Shown in pieces: positions 1 to 8,499 of a DNA stretch of 64,000 nt (position 1 is its first letter; each line of letters starts with the position of its first letter). The notes beneath the pieces were generated by a model that saw nothing but the letters and a program-made list of their open reading frames with translations, ran no database searches and was not told the origin of the DNA. Origin of the DNA: a virus; the IMG/VR virus record IMGVR_UViG_3300035670_000170, positions 4,977-68,976 of that record; one strand, given 5' to 3'. The translations under genes and the position numbers were made by a program.

Positions 1-360
1 TGCGTAGGCTTCTCGTTGGTCTATGGTGCCGAAGTCAAGGAGGTTGTGTTCTTCGGGGTGTAGCAGTACGATGTTGTCTTTGTTTAGCCTGAACTTGGGG
101 TACATCCCCTTGTTAAGGATGTGGGCGAATAGGGAGGCAAAAAAGGCCGTCGAAGCATATTGTTCCAACGGCCTACCGCTTAGTTCGCTAAAGTGAGGGC
201 GCTCTGCCCATATCTCCATGAATACTTGTAGTTCCCCTGTTTTTTTTCTTGCGCCCAATAACTTAGGCTTTTTATCTGCCCTGCTGTGCTGGTGATTGCG
301 GCAGTATCCACCACCCCATACGGGGTTTTGGCAGTTTCCGCTTTTGCACTTTTTTGGCAT
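1..360 (-). CDS. HNH-like endonuclease with N-terminal Cys/His cluster (3' end runs off window)
   Basis: Translated by hand, not in the ORF track: MPKKCKSGNCQNPVWGGGYCRNHQ...WAERPHFSELSG...FAHILNKGMYPKFRLNKDNIVLLHPEEHN. H...N...H spacing is HNH-like. Confidence 0.6.
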   Translation of the reverse strand, partial: MPKKCKSGNCQNPVWGGGYCRNHQHSRADKKPKLLGARKKTGELQVFMEIWAERPHFSELSGRPLEQYASTAFFASLFAHILNKGMYPKFRLNKDNIVLLHPEEHNLLDFGTIDQREAYA

Positions 361-466
361 AGGCAAATATAATTCATTATCAACATATAATGTGGTTTTT
401 GTTTATTCTTAATATACACTTAACGATGTTAGCAATGATTTACGTTCTATGCCGAAGGTATAATTG

Positions 467-811
467 TTAGTTCAGTCGAGGGTTTACTTGCGAGGATACA
501 CCTTCTATCATGCCTGCAATTATCTGTCGCTGTATTTCCACGGCTGCAATCAATATAATGTCTGCCTTTGGGGTGTTTTCAATAACCTTGTCGTCAAGCA
601 TTGATATTGCAGAACGTGTGGCTGTCATAAGGTCAACGCTTGTGTCAGCCATATAGTCCATCAGGGCGTCAATTTGTTCTTCTATTAGTTCTGACAGTTC
701 GTTGTCACCGTGTTCAAAGCTGAACGCGAGTTCAAGCGACACCATGCGTAATTGGGCGTATTCATGGTTTAAGACATTAGCGATTATGCTTGCCCTTTTT
801 GATTGTGTCAT
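467..811 (-). CDS. hypothetical protein
   Basis: 114-aa ORF co-oriented with its neighbours, A-rich leader. Confidence 0.7.
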   Translation of the reverse strand: MTQSKRASIIANVLNHEYAQLRMVSLELAFSFEHGDNELSELIEEQIDALMDYMADTSVDLMTATRSAISMLDDKVIENTPKADIILIAAVEIQRQIIAGMIEGVSSQVNPRLN

Positions 812-823
812 AGCGTTGGTTTT

Positions 824-1120
824 TTAGATTCCTATTAGCTGCATGGCCTCATCTACGGATTCTACGATGTGGTATTTGACGCCTACGTTGTTTAGCTTGT
901 CGGCGCATATTTGTTCACCCTCTGATAGCTTACGTGCCGATGGCGATTTTTTGCCGTCCTTTATTTCAACGATGTATGACTTTCCCCTAAAGTTTACAAT
1001 CATGTCAAAGGCGTTCTTTAGCTGGTGGGTGTCTATAACGTATGCCCCTACCTTTTCAAGCGCCTTTTTTATTTCGTTATGGTTTGCGTCCTTCCTTGAT
1101 GCTGTCCGTACTGTTGCCAT
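824..1120 (-). CDS. VRR-NUC family endonuclease (Holliday-junction resolvase-like)
   Basis: R-KDANHNEI..AL...G...D.....DMIV......IVEIKDG PD-(D/E)XK pattern. Start moved to MATVRT at 1120. Confidence 0.75.
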   Translation of the reverse strand: MATVRTASRKDANHNEIKKALEKVGAYVIDTHQLKNAFDMIVNFRGKSYIVEIKDGKKSPSARKLSEGEQICADKLNNVGVKYHIVESVDEAMQLIGI

Positions 1121-1186
1121 AGTGTAAAGATACGAATTGGATATGGCACGGTTTTTTTGCCGCACCCGATTTGGTATCTGATGGCA

Positions 1187-1214
1187 ATAAAAAAGGGGAG
1201 CGTTAACTCCCCTT
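1187..1214 (-). terminator. intrinsic terminator after SSB-like gene
   Basis: GGGGAG/CTCCCC stem with an A-run on the left (U-tail on the minus strand). Confidence 0.6.
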
Positions 1215-1240
1215 GGCTTAGTAAATCGGGCGCGACAATC

Positions 1241-1876
1241 TTAGAAAGGCAGATCATCTTCACCACCATCGTCAAACTTCTCATTACGGGCAAGTAGTTC
1301 CCCTTTCTTACTGGGGCGTTCTACACCACTTGGCACGTGTTGACTTGGGATAGTGTCAATCTTCTGTGGTATCTCTGACTTAACAAGCGACACAATGTGT
1401 TCCTCAAGGCGTGTCTTGTCAGAAATATCCTTTCCCTTAAACTTCACCTTATCAATGAACTTAGCCTGTTCGTCAAGGTCAAGTTTCCACGGTAGCTTTT
1501 GACCGTTCAGTTCCACATACGCGTTGTTGTACTTGTCTTTCTTGTACACGCTGATACGTAGCTTACCTGCAAGGCTATCGGCAGACAGCAGGCTGTTGAG
1601 GATAGATATACCCATTGATGAGCCAGTGTGGATGTCCACCTTGTATTGCTCATCCCCGTCGTGCATATTCAGCACGGCTTTGGTTTTCTTTTCCCCTTCG
1701 TACTCATACTCGCGGAACTCAATACCCGCAAGGGTGCCTTCGATGGTGTCAAAGGAATCAATCTCCTCATAGGAATCACCCATCTTTGCGATGCGCTTAA
1801 AGGCGGGTTTGTCTTCTGTGCTTCCTTTTAGGCGCAGGAAAATAGCGCTTCGTGCTTCACTGTTTGAGAGAGCCAT
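1241..1876 (-). CDS. putative single-stranded DNA-binding protein
   Basis: Beta-rich body, acidic tail ending DDGGEDDLPF, located in the replication module. Confidence 0.6.
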   Translation of the reverse strand: MALSNSEARSAIFLRLKGSTEDKPAFKRIAKMGDSYEEIDSFDTIEGTLAGIEFREYEYEGEKKTKAVLNMHDGDEQYKVDIHTGSSMGISILNSLLSADSLAGKLRISVYKKDKYNNAYVELNGQKLPWKLDLDEQAKFIDKVKFKGKDISDKTRLEEHIVSLVKSEIPQKIDTIPSQHVPSGVERPSKKGELLARNEKFDDGGEDDLPF

Positions 1877-1895
1877 GTTTATTTGGATTTAATGG

Positions 1896-2279
1896 TTACT
1901 TTTTGAATTTGCCCCTGAACATTTCGTCTATTATCAGACCTATTTGGCGGGCTTCCCGTTGGTTAATACGTATTTCTTCTTCCTTACCTTTTACTGTGGC
2001 GTTTAGGTTCTTGTCGACAGCAAATGTACCGTTTTCCAACTTAATTTCAACGTTTTTGTGGTGGAAATTGTGCAAATAATCAGGCACGCGAATACGACCA
2101 GCGCATAGCGCCCTTAGTATTTCTTCACTATCATACTGTCCCTTGTGGCGTATCTGTACCCACTCCCGCCCGTGGGGGGTGTCTACCTTTAGTTCGTACC
2201 GGAAGCCCTCTACAAACTCAAGTATGTGGGGGATACGGTAAGGGAAGTTCTGACTGAAGTATTGTTCTGCTTTATCCAT
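1896..2279 (-). CDS. hypothetical protein
   Basis: ORF between DnaB and SSB. Start moved to MDKAEQ after an A-rich leader. Confidence 0.65.
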   Translation of the reverse strand: MDKAEQYFSQNFPYRIPHILEFVEGFRYELKVDTPHGREWVQIRHKGQYDSEEILRALCAGRIRVPDYLHNFHHKNVEIKLENGTFAVDKNLNATVKGKEEEIRINQREARQIGLIIDEMFRGKFKK

Positions 2280-2316
2280 GTTAGTTGTTTTAGTTGGTAA
2301 ATCGGGCGCGACAATA

Positions 2317-3693
2317 TCAAAAAGGCACATCATCTTCGCCATACTCCCTCCTACGGTCAAAGTCTGCATTAGGTTTCACTACTGATTGAAATTCTTTTCT
2401 CCATTCACTAAACACACTCTGTTCTGGGTCAAACCTAAGTCTTATATCAGCAAGCGCACCGCCCCTGTGTTTAGATATGATAAACTCCGCCATGCCCACA
2501 GTGCTAAACCCTTCCTCATCCTGCATATCCCCATAGTATTCGGGTCGGTGTATAAACGCCACCATATCCGCATCCTGTTCAATAGCCCCCGATTCCCGTA
2601 GATTAGATAGCGTAGGTCTTTTACTGCCACGCTGCTCAACCGAACGGCTTAGCTGGCTTAGTGCAATAACAGGTATGTCCAACTCTTTCGCCAACACCTT
2701 TAGCCCACGGCTGATGCTACTAACTTCGTTCTCCCTGTTACCACCTTTCTCACCTGTCAACAGTTGCAGGTAGTCCAGTACAATCAGGTCAAGCCCATGC
2801 CTTGCCTTGTGGCGTGCCGCCATGCCGCGTAGTTCGTGGATGGTTAACGACGGGTCATCCCATATCCACAGGTTGTCCGTGGTGATTGCCGTAACGCCAT
2901 TATGTACCTTGTTCCAGTCAAGTAGCTTCGGTCGCCTAAAGGACGTGGTGTTGTATCCTGTTACGCGGGATAGTCGCCGCTTGTGTATTTCGTTGTTATT
3001 CATCTCAAGGCTGACCACCACGACCTTCTTTTTGAATTGCAGGGCTGCGTTATCTGCCATGTTCACGGCTAACATTGACTTACCCATTGCCGGACGTGCC
3101 GCAAGGATAATCAGGCTACTCTTTTGCCATCCCCCTGTTACCCTGTCAATGTCGTGGTACCCTGATGGGACACCTGTTATACCGTCTGATTCAATACTTG
3201 ATTCAATGTCCTTTATTACGTCCCTTAGTTGCTCTGCTGTTGTTTGGTGCGCCCGTTTTGGCATCGCTGATACATCCATAAGCCTTTTCGCGGCGTCTGT
3301 CAGTAACGTGTTAATAGGCTTTTTGATGTCTTGCGCGTCCGTGTATAGACCCCCAGCGTATGTGATTGTCTTACGTCGGATGTCAAGGTTGCATAGTAGG
3401 TCAATATACTCATCTAAGTGCCGTGCTGACGGGGCTACATTAAGTGATTCGGACAGGTACACGGCATCTACCTCACCGTATAGTTCCCGCATTTCGGTGG
3501 CTACCGTGACTAAGTTCACCGTCTTGCCCTTTTTGAACAGGGACATGGCGGCTTTGTATATCATGTTGTTATACTTATCGTAGAACGCTGTTTCAGGGAG
3601 TGCCGTGGCGCAGTCAAGGATGGCGTCGCTGTGCGATAGGATTGTGCCTATTACCCTACGTTCTAAGTCTAAGTCGTGTGGTGTTTCTGTCAT
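2317..3693 (-). CDS. dnaB: replicative DNA helicase DnaB
   Basis: N-terminal DnaB domain, Walker A AARPAMGKS, SLEM, LDYLQL, LSQLSR, LRESGAIEQDAD, KHRGG. Confidence 0.97.
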   Translation of the reverse strand: MTETPHDLDLERRVIGTILSHSDAILDCATALPETAFYDKYNNMIYKAAMSLFKKGKTVNLVTVATEMRELYGEVDAVYLSESLNVAPSARHLDEYIDLLCNLDIRRKTITYAGGLYTDAQDIKKPINTLLTDAAKRLMDVSAMPKRAHQTTAEQLRDVIKDIESSIESDGITGVPSGYHDIDRVTGGWQKSSLIILAARPAMGKSMLAVNMADNAALQFKKKVVVVSLEMNNNEIHKRRLSRVTGYNTTSFRRPKLLDWNKVHNGVTAITTDNLWIWDDPSLTIHELRGMAARHKARHGLDLIVLDYLQLLTGEKGGNRENEVSSISRGLKVLAKELDIPVIALSQLSRSVEQRGSKRPTLSNLRESGAIEQDADMVAFIHRPEYYGDMQDEEGFSTVGMAEFIISKHRGGALADIRLRFDPEQSVFSEWRKEFQSVVKPNADFDRRREYGEDDVPF

Positions 3694-3743
3694 TTATTCT
3701 TTGTTGGTTCGCCCGATTTAGCTGCTTCTGTTTAATTATCGTT

Positions 3744-3786
3744 GGGGGATAAACGCTATAAATACGCCACAAGCCCCCAGTTAGCC
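3744..3786 (+). other. conserved array-head site (attI-like), copy 1
   Basis: GGGGGATAAACGCTATAAATACGCCACAAGCCCCCA-GTTAGCC. Confidence 0.8.
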
Positions 3787-3792
3787 GTAATT

Positions 3793-4059
3793 CTAATCAC
3801 GCCAAGTGATGTGCATTGCTTCTAACTTATCGCCAAGTAACGAACTGCCATAGTTTTCAAACTTCATTTTTAGTGAAGGATATACTTCTAAATCATTTGG
3901 GCATTGTATTTTAAATGGTAGCTTTCGTTTATCTTCTGAAATTTGTAATGCTTCTAAAATGAAGTCATTCAAACTTTTGTCTTCGGAAGAAGAACTACGG
4001 ATAACAACGTATTGCTGAACATTGCCATCTTCATCTGTTATTTGAACTTTGTATTCCAT
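3793..4059 (-). CDS. cassette hypothetical protein (paralog of 61130..61393)
   Basis: 88 aa, closely similar to the array D copy. First ~20 codons lie inside the att hairpin. Confidence 0.85.
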   Translation of the reverse strand: MEYKVQITDEDGNVQQYVVIRSSSSEDKSLNDFILEALQISEDKRKLPFKIQCPNDLEVYPSLKMKFENYGSSLLGDKLEAMHITWRD

Positions 4060-4132
4060 ATCAACTTTTTATTTTAAATTAAATATTTGTGCTTCTAAAT
4101 TGGCAACGTCAGCAATACGCAAAACGTTAGGC
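3999..4132 (+). other. attC-like hairpin A1
   Basis: GGATAAC; arm CGTATTGCTGAACATTGCCA; loop; arm TGGCAACGTCAGCAATACG; AAAAC; GTTAGGC. Confidence 0.8.
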
Positions 4133-4140
4133 ACAATTAA

Positions 4141-4317
4141 TTAAGCAGCATTCGGCCAATCATAATAAATTTGCTTAGTTCGCCAAAACCAAAAAGTGTA
4201 ACCGAAGCATTCGACAAACATCGCTTCAAATTTCTTTTCACCTGTTTTGTAATTTGTGTGGAAAAACATTTTAGAGTTCCACTTTTTGTTTTTTGATTTG
4301 TACTTTTTAAAAACCAT
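4141..4317 (-). CDS. cassette hypothetical protein (58 aa)
   Basis: MVFKKYKSKNKKWNSKMFF...DWPNAA, fills cassette A2, below the ORF-track cut-off. Confidence 0.65.
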   Translation of the reverse strand: MVFKKYKSKNKKWNSKMFFHTNYKTGEKKFEAMFVECFGYTFWFWRTKQIYYDWPNAA

Positions 4318-4335
4318 TTTCGTAAAATTAACTGT

Positions 4336-4429
4336 GCCTAACAGCGTATATGTGCAATACGCTTCAAGCGGTTAGTAATAATTTAAAGTTTTGTCATTGC
4401 GTACTGCACATATACGCAAAACGTTATGC
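4336..4429 (+). other. attC-like hairpin A2
   Basis: GCCTAAC-A-GCGTATATGTGCAATACGC...GCGTACTGCACATATACGC-AAAAC-GTTATGC. Confidence 0.85.
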
Positions 4430-4464
4430 CCAGAATTGACGTTACCAAATCGGGCGCGGCAAAA

Positions 4465-5121
4465 TTACTTGTCCCCGTCAGGATTCCATTCTTCTTTCTT
4501 AGCCCTTCCTTGTACAACCCATTCTAATGGGTCACGGTTAATATCCCTGCCGAACACAACACCAAACTTTCTGTACGCACCCTTATAGGCTAAACTCTCT
4601 GCTAACGGTAGCTTCTTTTGAAGTTCAAAGGGGTCGCGCATATCCTCAAGTAACGCACATCCAACGCCCATGTGTGACACGCCCGATTTGCTATCGCACA
4701 CCTCTGCCACCACCACCACGTTACCTACCTCTACGCGCCATTCCACAATGCGTGACGACCGAAAAGGCATCAGCACGTCGGCAGTGTCCTCAAGGTACTG
4801 TATTGGCACGTAGTTGACGTCGGGTAGCTGCGGGTGCTTGCGTATTGCGTCAGGCGGCACAGGGGAAGAAAATGATTGTGAAACCTTTTCCTCTACGGGC
4901 TGGTCAACCTTTTCTTTTGGCTGCTTATTTTTGGGTGTAATCAGTTTTATTTCGTCTATCTCGATTGACCAACGGGAGCCTGTGCCGCCTGACTTTGGGT
5001 TGTCCCAAGAAACATCTACGTCTTTTTTGGACACTAAGGCGACTGTCCCTGTACCGCCCTTGCGTATAAACTCATTACCAACAAGGCTCTTAACCCTGTC
5101 GCCTACCTTAAAATTGCTCAT
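4465..5121 (-). CDS. Sak/Rad52-like ssDNA annealing protein with N-terminal KVGDRV domain
   Basis: YVPIQYLE...GVG...AESLAYKGAYRKFGVVFGRDINR resembles Rad52/Sak, adjacent to an exonuclease. Confidence 0.65.
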   Translation of the reverse strand: MSNFKVGDRVKSLVGNEFIRKGGTGTVALVSKKDVDVSWDNPKSGGTGSRWSIEIDEIKLITPKNKQPKEKVDQPVEEKVSQSFSSPVPPDAIRKHPQLPDVNYVPIQYLEDTADVLMPFRSSRIVEWRVEVGNVVVVAEVCDSKSGVSHMGVGCALLEDMRDPFELQKKLPLAESLAYKGAYRKFGVVFGRDINRDPLEWVVQGRAKKEEWNPDGDK

Positions 5122-5137
5122 GTTAAACTATTGTTAA

Positions 5138-5878
5138 TTAAACTTCAATTACTTCTTCAATGGGTGTGTAGCTGCGCTTATCACACAGTTTGTTGAACAG
5201 GCAGTCAGCACACACGTTACAGTCCTTCGTGGGTATAGGCTCAAACTTGTTAACCATGTAGTCACGCACTTGGTCAATGATACGGTAGTGGTTTTCCATC
5301 GCTTCACTGCTGATACGGGCGCGGATAAACTTTATCCACCCGCTTTTGCCGAACACCAGATAGTAAAACGGGCGCACCACCCCATCGCGCAGGTAAGAAC
5401 CAAGGGTATAGTGTACAGCCTGTGTATGGTCAAGTGCATCAGGGACGCCCCACCCATACTTACCCTTGTCGTCTTTACGTGATGCAGTGTACTTAATGTC
5501 AATGATAACACTACTACCTTCGTAATCAGCAATGCAGTCAAGGTGAAACACCAAGTCCCCTTCAATGATTTCCGGCTGTACCTCTGTCACCTTTATGCCC
5601 ATCTTTGGTAGTGTGTTTTGCTTGTGGTACTTCGCCTGTGATACGGCTTGTGCTGCCCATGCGTAGCTTCCTTCCCCACGCTGTTTCTTTGGCGGCTCGA
5701 TCGTCTGGTGTCCCCGTGCGGCACCTATTAGTTCCTGTTCAAAGAGTAGGCCGGAGTACATTGCCTCTGTTGGCTCCGACCGTAGGCCGTCGATGTACTT
5801 TAGCTTGAGCATATAACGGCATCCGTCACGGTCTTGTACGTCCTTTATTAGGGACTGACTTATTAGTAGTTTATTCAT
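5138..5878 (-). CDS. PD-(D/E)XK nuclease (Cas4/RecB-like exonuclease)
   Basis: SQS..K...C, LDCI...IIDIK, Q...Y, C-terminal CxxC..C.....C cluster. Confidence 0.8.
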   Translation of the reverse strand: MNKLLISQSLIKDVQDRDGCRYMLKLKYIDGLRSEPTEAMYSGLLFEQELIGAARGHQTIEPPKKQRGEGSYAWAAQAVSQAKYHKQNTLPKMGIKVTEVQPEIIEGDLVFHLDCIADYEGSSVIIDIKYTASRKDDKGKYGWGVPDALDHTQAVHYTLGSYLRDGVVRPFYYLVFGKSGWIKFIRARISSEAMENHYRIIDQVRDYMVNKFEPIPTKDCNVCADCLFNKLCDKRSYTPIEEVIEV

Positions 5879-5920
5879 GTTGATTTGTTTTTTTGTTGCG
5901 CCCGTTTTGGTAAGGGAATC

Positions 5921-5963
5921 GGGGGCTAAACGCTATAAATACGCCACAAGCCCCGTGTTAGCT
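5921..5963 (+). other. conserved array-head site, copy 2
   Basis: GGGGGCTAAACGCTATAAATACGCCACAAGCCCCGT-GTTAGCT. Confidence 0.8.
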
Positions 5964-6034
5964 GCAAGTGCTACATTGGTACTTCGTATAAAACTTTGGT
6001 GTTCAAAAATTTTATATAAAAAGCCACCGCACTT

Positions 6035-6754
6035 TTAAAACAATTCATATTCTGTTTTTAATAATTTATCTGTAACAAAATCAAAACAACTTTTATCAAT
6101 ATCACCTGCAATGTAATTTCTGCCTTCTTTTTTTGCTGTTACAAGCATATTGCCACCACCCATAAAGGGGTCTATTATTAGCCCTCCTTTTGGAGAGAAG
6201 CATCTAATCAATATTTGACATAGTTCTATTGGCTTTGTTGGTATATTACCCCCATCTTCTCTTTTTCTTTCTATGTTTAATAAATCATTCAGCCAAATCC
6301 CTTCTTTGCTATTAAAAAATGGGTTTGATTTTTCTTTATATCCATCAAAAACTAAATACCCTTTATCTCCTTGTTTGGTATTTGGGCTATACGGCATACC
6401 CGTTCTCGGATTAAAAAAGAAACTTTTTCCGCAACACCAAAATATTTTATGATACGAGTATGTAGGCATTTTATTTGATACCCAGTTACCTGTTTTTATA
6501 TACTTCCATATTATCTCATTCCTAAAACAATAGTTTATTTGGTTTCTTAAATCGTAATCATACGGTTTCTTTGTAAACATTAGAATATTGCCAGTTTCTT
6601 TTAACACTCTAAAACATTCACTTACCAAGCCATCGGCAATAAGTTTTACCCAATCTTGATAATTTGGGTCTAAAAATATTAAGTCGGCAGAATTATCATC
6701 AACTCCTGCAAGTAGTTCAAAACAGTCTTTTTGGTATATTTTATTTAATTCCAT
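6035..6754 (-). CDS. DNA N6-adenine/N4-cytosine methyltransferase (beta class)
   Basis: DLIFLDPNY (motif IV-like), PTKP..L, DPFMGGG (motif I). Start moved to MELNKIY. Confidence 0.88.
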   Translation of the reverse strand: MELNKIYQKDCFELLAGVDDNSADLIFLDPNYQDWVKLIADGLVSECFRVLKETGNILMFTKKPYDYDLRNQINYCFRNEIIWKYIKTGNWVSNKMPTYSYHKIFWCCGKSFFFNPRTGMPYSPNTKQGDKGYLVFDGYKEKSNPFFNSKEGIWLNDLLNIERKREDGGNIPTKPIELCQILIRCFSPKGGLIIDPFMGGGNMLVTAKKEGRNYIAGDIDKSCFDFVTDKLLKTEYELF

Positions 6755-6800
6755 CGTTTTTTTCTTTTTGTTTTTCTGTTTTCGTTTTAAATTGTGCATC

Positions 6801-6846
6801 CTACTAAACTAATCGGGTCTGCATATATTATCTGATATTTCTTCAT
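6801..6846 (-). pseudogene. 5' remnant of an MT-A70-type methyltransferase
   Basis: Reads MKKYQIIYADP then stops; compare MKYEIIYADP at 63384. Confidence 0.5.
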
Positions 6847-6867
6847 GTTTCTAAATTAAATTCGTAA

Positions 6868-6896
6868 ATAAATACGCCACAAGCCCCCAGTTATAG
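6868..6896 (+). other. partial array-head site, copy 3
   Basis: ATAAATACGCCACAAGCCCCCA-GTTATAG, right half only. Confidence 0.75.
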
Positions 6897-7049
6897 GTAA
6901 TAAAATTTGCTAAGTACCCAACATCCTGTAATTATGATGCAACTTACTGTTACGGTTCCTATTCCTATCCATACCAAGTCTCTGTTGGTTACATAAGGTT
7001 CATACCATTCACCACCTTCTCCTTTATCAAGCCATTCTTTTAATTTCAT
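6891..7049 (-). CDS. cassette small membrane protein (52 aa)
   Basis: MKLKEWLDKGEGGEWYEPYVTNRDLVWIGIGTVTVSCIIITGCWVLSKFYYL; its TAA stop lies in the GTTA core. Confidence 0.65.
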   Translation of the reverse strand: MKLKEWLDKGEGGEWYEPYVTNRDLVWIGIGTVTVSCIIITGCWVLSKFYYL

Positions 7050-7067
7050 ATCGCAAATTTTACATAC

Positions 7068-7122
7068 CTATAACAGCAAATAAGAAACATTAAAACGATT
7101 GCTTATTTGCAAAACGTTATGC
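7068..7122 (+). other. attC-like hairpin B2
   Basis: CTATAAC-A-GCAAATAAG...CTTATTTGC-AAAAC-GTTATGC. Confidence 0.8.
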
Positions 7123-7131
7123 GTAATAAGA

Positions 7132-7371
7132 TTAATCGCAGTCTTGACATTTATAGTCTTGTTTGATTATACCCAATTCCACGGGGCAATCTTCATAACC
7201 ATATTTACAACCATGCTCAAAACAGCAATGTGTTCTATGTACTCCCCAACGCTCTTGTGGAATTGACGTTGTTGCAGACTTACTACGCACAACACGTAAT
7301 AAATCCAATTGCTCACTTTCGTACTGTTTAATGAGTGTCTTTGCTTCGTTGTATTGTTCTTCTGTTATCAT
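7132..7371 (-). CDS. cassette Cys/His-rich hypothetical protein
   Basis: 79 aa with HRTHCC..HGCKYG..DCPV. N-terminus is encoded inside the att hairpin. Confidence 0.75.
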   Translation of the reverse strand: MITEEQYNEAKTLIKQYESEQLDLLRVVRSKSATTSIPQERWGVHRTHCCFEHGCKYGYEDCPVELGIIKQDYKCQDCD

Positions 7372-7419
7372 AGTTTTGTTCTTTTAATTCGCAACTGTAT
7401 TTATTACCAACCGTTACCA
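7287..7419 (+). other. attC-like hairpin B3
   Basis: GCACAAC; GTAATAAATCCAATTGC...GCAACTGTATTTATTAC; CAACC; GTTACCA. Confidence 0.78.
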
Positions 7420-7434
7420 AATCGGGCGATACAA

Positions 7435-7965
7435 TTAAGATTCGCTGCTTTCAAGCCCCTTCAGGTAGTCTTGGTAACGGGTGTATGCTTCAGTTAATTC
7501 GTCAGGTTGAAAATCAAGTTGATGAATGTACTCTTTGTCACACCACTCCCCAAACGTCATTACCTTATTAAGTTCACTCACCTTAACGTGTCCAACGGTT
7601 CCGTCGCAAAACTGGACAAGCACAAGTGGTTCGCTAATAACACCCACCCTTGCGCCTTTGTAGGTTGCGTCGTAATATATTTCAGCGGGTTCGGGCTTCT
7701 CTTGTTTGGGGAGTTCGACGTACGATTCGTCTACCCAATCAGTAGGCGTTCCGGTTTTCTCCGGCTCGATGGGTTGGAGATACTCCTGTCGCTGACCAAA
7801 CCTCAGGCTACTACTTTGGAAACGATTGTATATCATGTCCTGCGAATCCCAAATTACCCACGGAGTTGATTGATCGTCCTCAGCTACCGTTCCGGTTGCT
7901 CCGTACTTTAACACACCGTTGTCGACAATGTTACGCACCCTGTCGCCTTTCTTAAATTTTGCCAT
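7435..7965 (-). CDS. hypothetical protein with N-terminal KKGDRV domain
   Basis: 176-aa ORF whose N-terminus is shared with 4465..5121 and 12848..13528. Confidence 0.75.
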   Translation of the reverse strand: MAKFKKGDRVRNIVDNGVLKYGATGTVAEDDQSTPWVIWDSQDMIYNRFQSSSLRFGQRQEYLQPIEPEKTGTPTDWVDESYVELPKQEKPEPAEIYYDATYKGARVGVISEPLVLVQFCDGTVGHVKVSELNKVMTFGEWCDKEYIHQLDFQPDELTEAYTRYQDYLKGLESSES

Positions 7966-8275
7966 TTTCTTTGATTTTACTTGTTCTACGTTTACGATTG
8001 CCTTTGGGTTGCGAAAATTCCGAAATACTTTTCACCTTTCCAACTTTTATTAGGTCGAAAGTTCTTTTCTGTCGGTTATTCATTCGCCTAACGGATGAGT
8101 GGTGGATGAGGATAGGCGTAACGATTTGCCCGTCATCCTTTTGGTACTGTGGCATAGCAAAACGGGCGCCCACCCAAAAATAGTCCGGCATATTCTCATC
8201 TCCCATTGGTATGACAACACACCCATTGACGTGTCTTACTTCTATCACGTCTACTTCTATTACGTAGTATGCCAT
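7952..8275 (-). CDS. hypothetical protein
   Basis: Start moved to MAYY, directly after the repeated leader. Confidence 0.65.
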   Translation of the reverse strand: MAYYVIEVDVIEVRHVNGCVVIPMGDENMPDYFWVGARFAMPQYQKDDGQIVTPILIHHSSVRRMNNRQKRTFDLIKVGKVKSISEFSQPKGNRKRRTSKIKENGKI

Positions 8276-8355
8276 AGCTTGAATGGTTAAAATTGACACG
8301 TTTGCACTTGGTTCTTTTCACTATCATAAAAAGCTGTCCGGTGTTAGCGGACAAC
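8273..8355 (-). repeat. ~85-bp duplicated leader (second copy 9454-9543)
   Basis: CATAGCTTGAATGGTTAAA.TTGACACGTTTGCACTTGGTTCTTTTCACTATCA...AGCTGTCCG..CGGACA.CT occurs at both loci. Confidence 0.9.
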
Positions 8356-8499
8356 TGCGGGGGTCGGGGCGCCCGATTAGGCAATGGATTCTTCGATTAG
8401 CTGAATCGCAATTTGTACAAGTTTAGCACGTGCCGCCCTTGCCTGATTTTACTTCTTCAATCTTTTTCATTGTTCTGTGTGTTTTTCAGTTAATTACCC

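Larger units (their letters stand above)
3744..4429 (+). mobile_element. integron-like cassette array A (2 cassettes)
   Basis: Conserved site, then GTTAGCCGTAATTCT...AGAACTACGGATAAC, hairpin, GTTAGGCACAATTAA...TTAACTGTGCCTAAC, hairpin, GTTATGC. AT-rich relative to flanks. Confidence 0.8.
5921..7419 (+). mobile_element. integron-like cassette array B
   Basis: Head site 5921-5963, second partial head site 6868-6896, cassettes GTTATAGGTAATAAAATTTGC...GCAAATTTTACATACCTATAAC and GTTATGCGTAATAAG...CTTACTACGCACAAC, two hairpins. Ends in GTTACCAAATCGGGCG. Confidence 0.8.

Noticed and set aside
2807-3583. Long antisense or overlapping ORFs (e.g. 2807..3583, 30277..30903, 34493..35137, 52017..52868, 180..419)
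   Set aside because: They are shadows of well-supported genes on the other strand or frame, with no motifs or start context of their own.
5138-5878. Cas4 as evidence of a CRISPR system
   Set aside because: It is a stand-alone PD-(D/E)XK nuclease beside a Sak-like annealase, the usual phage recombination pair.
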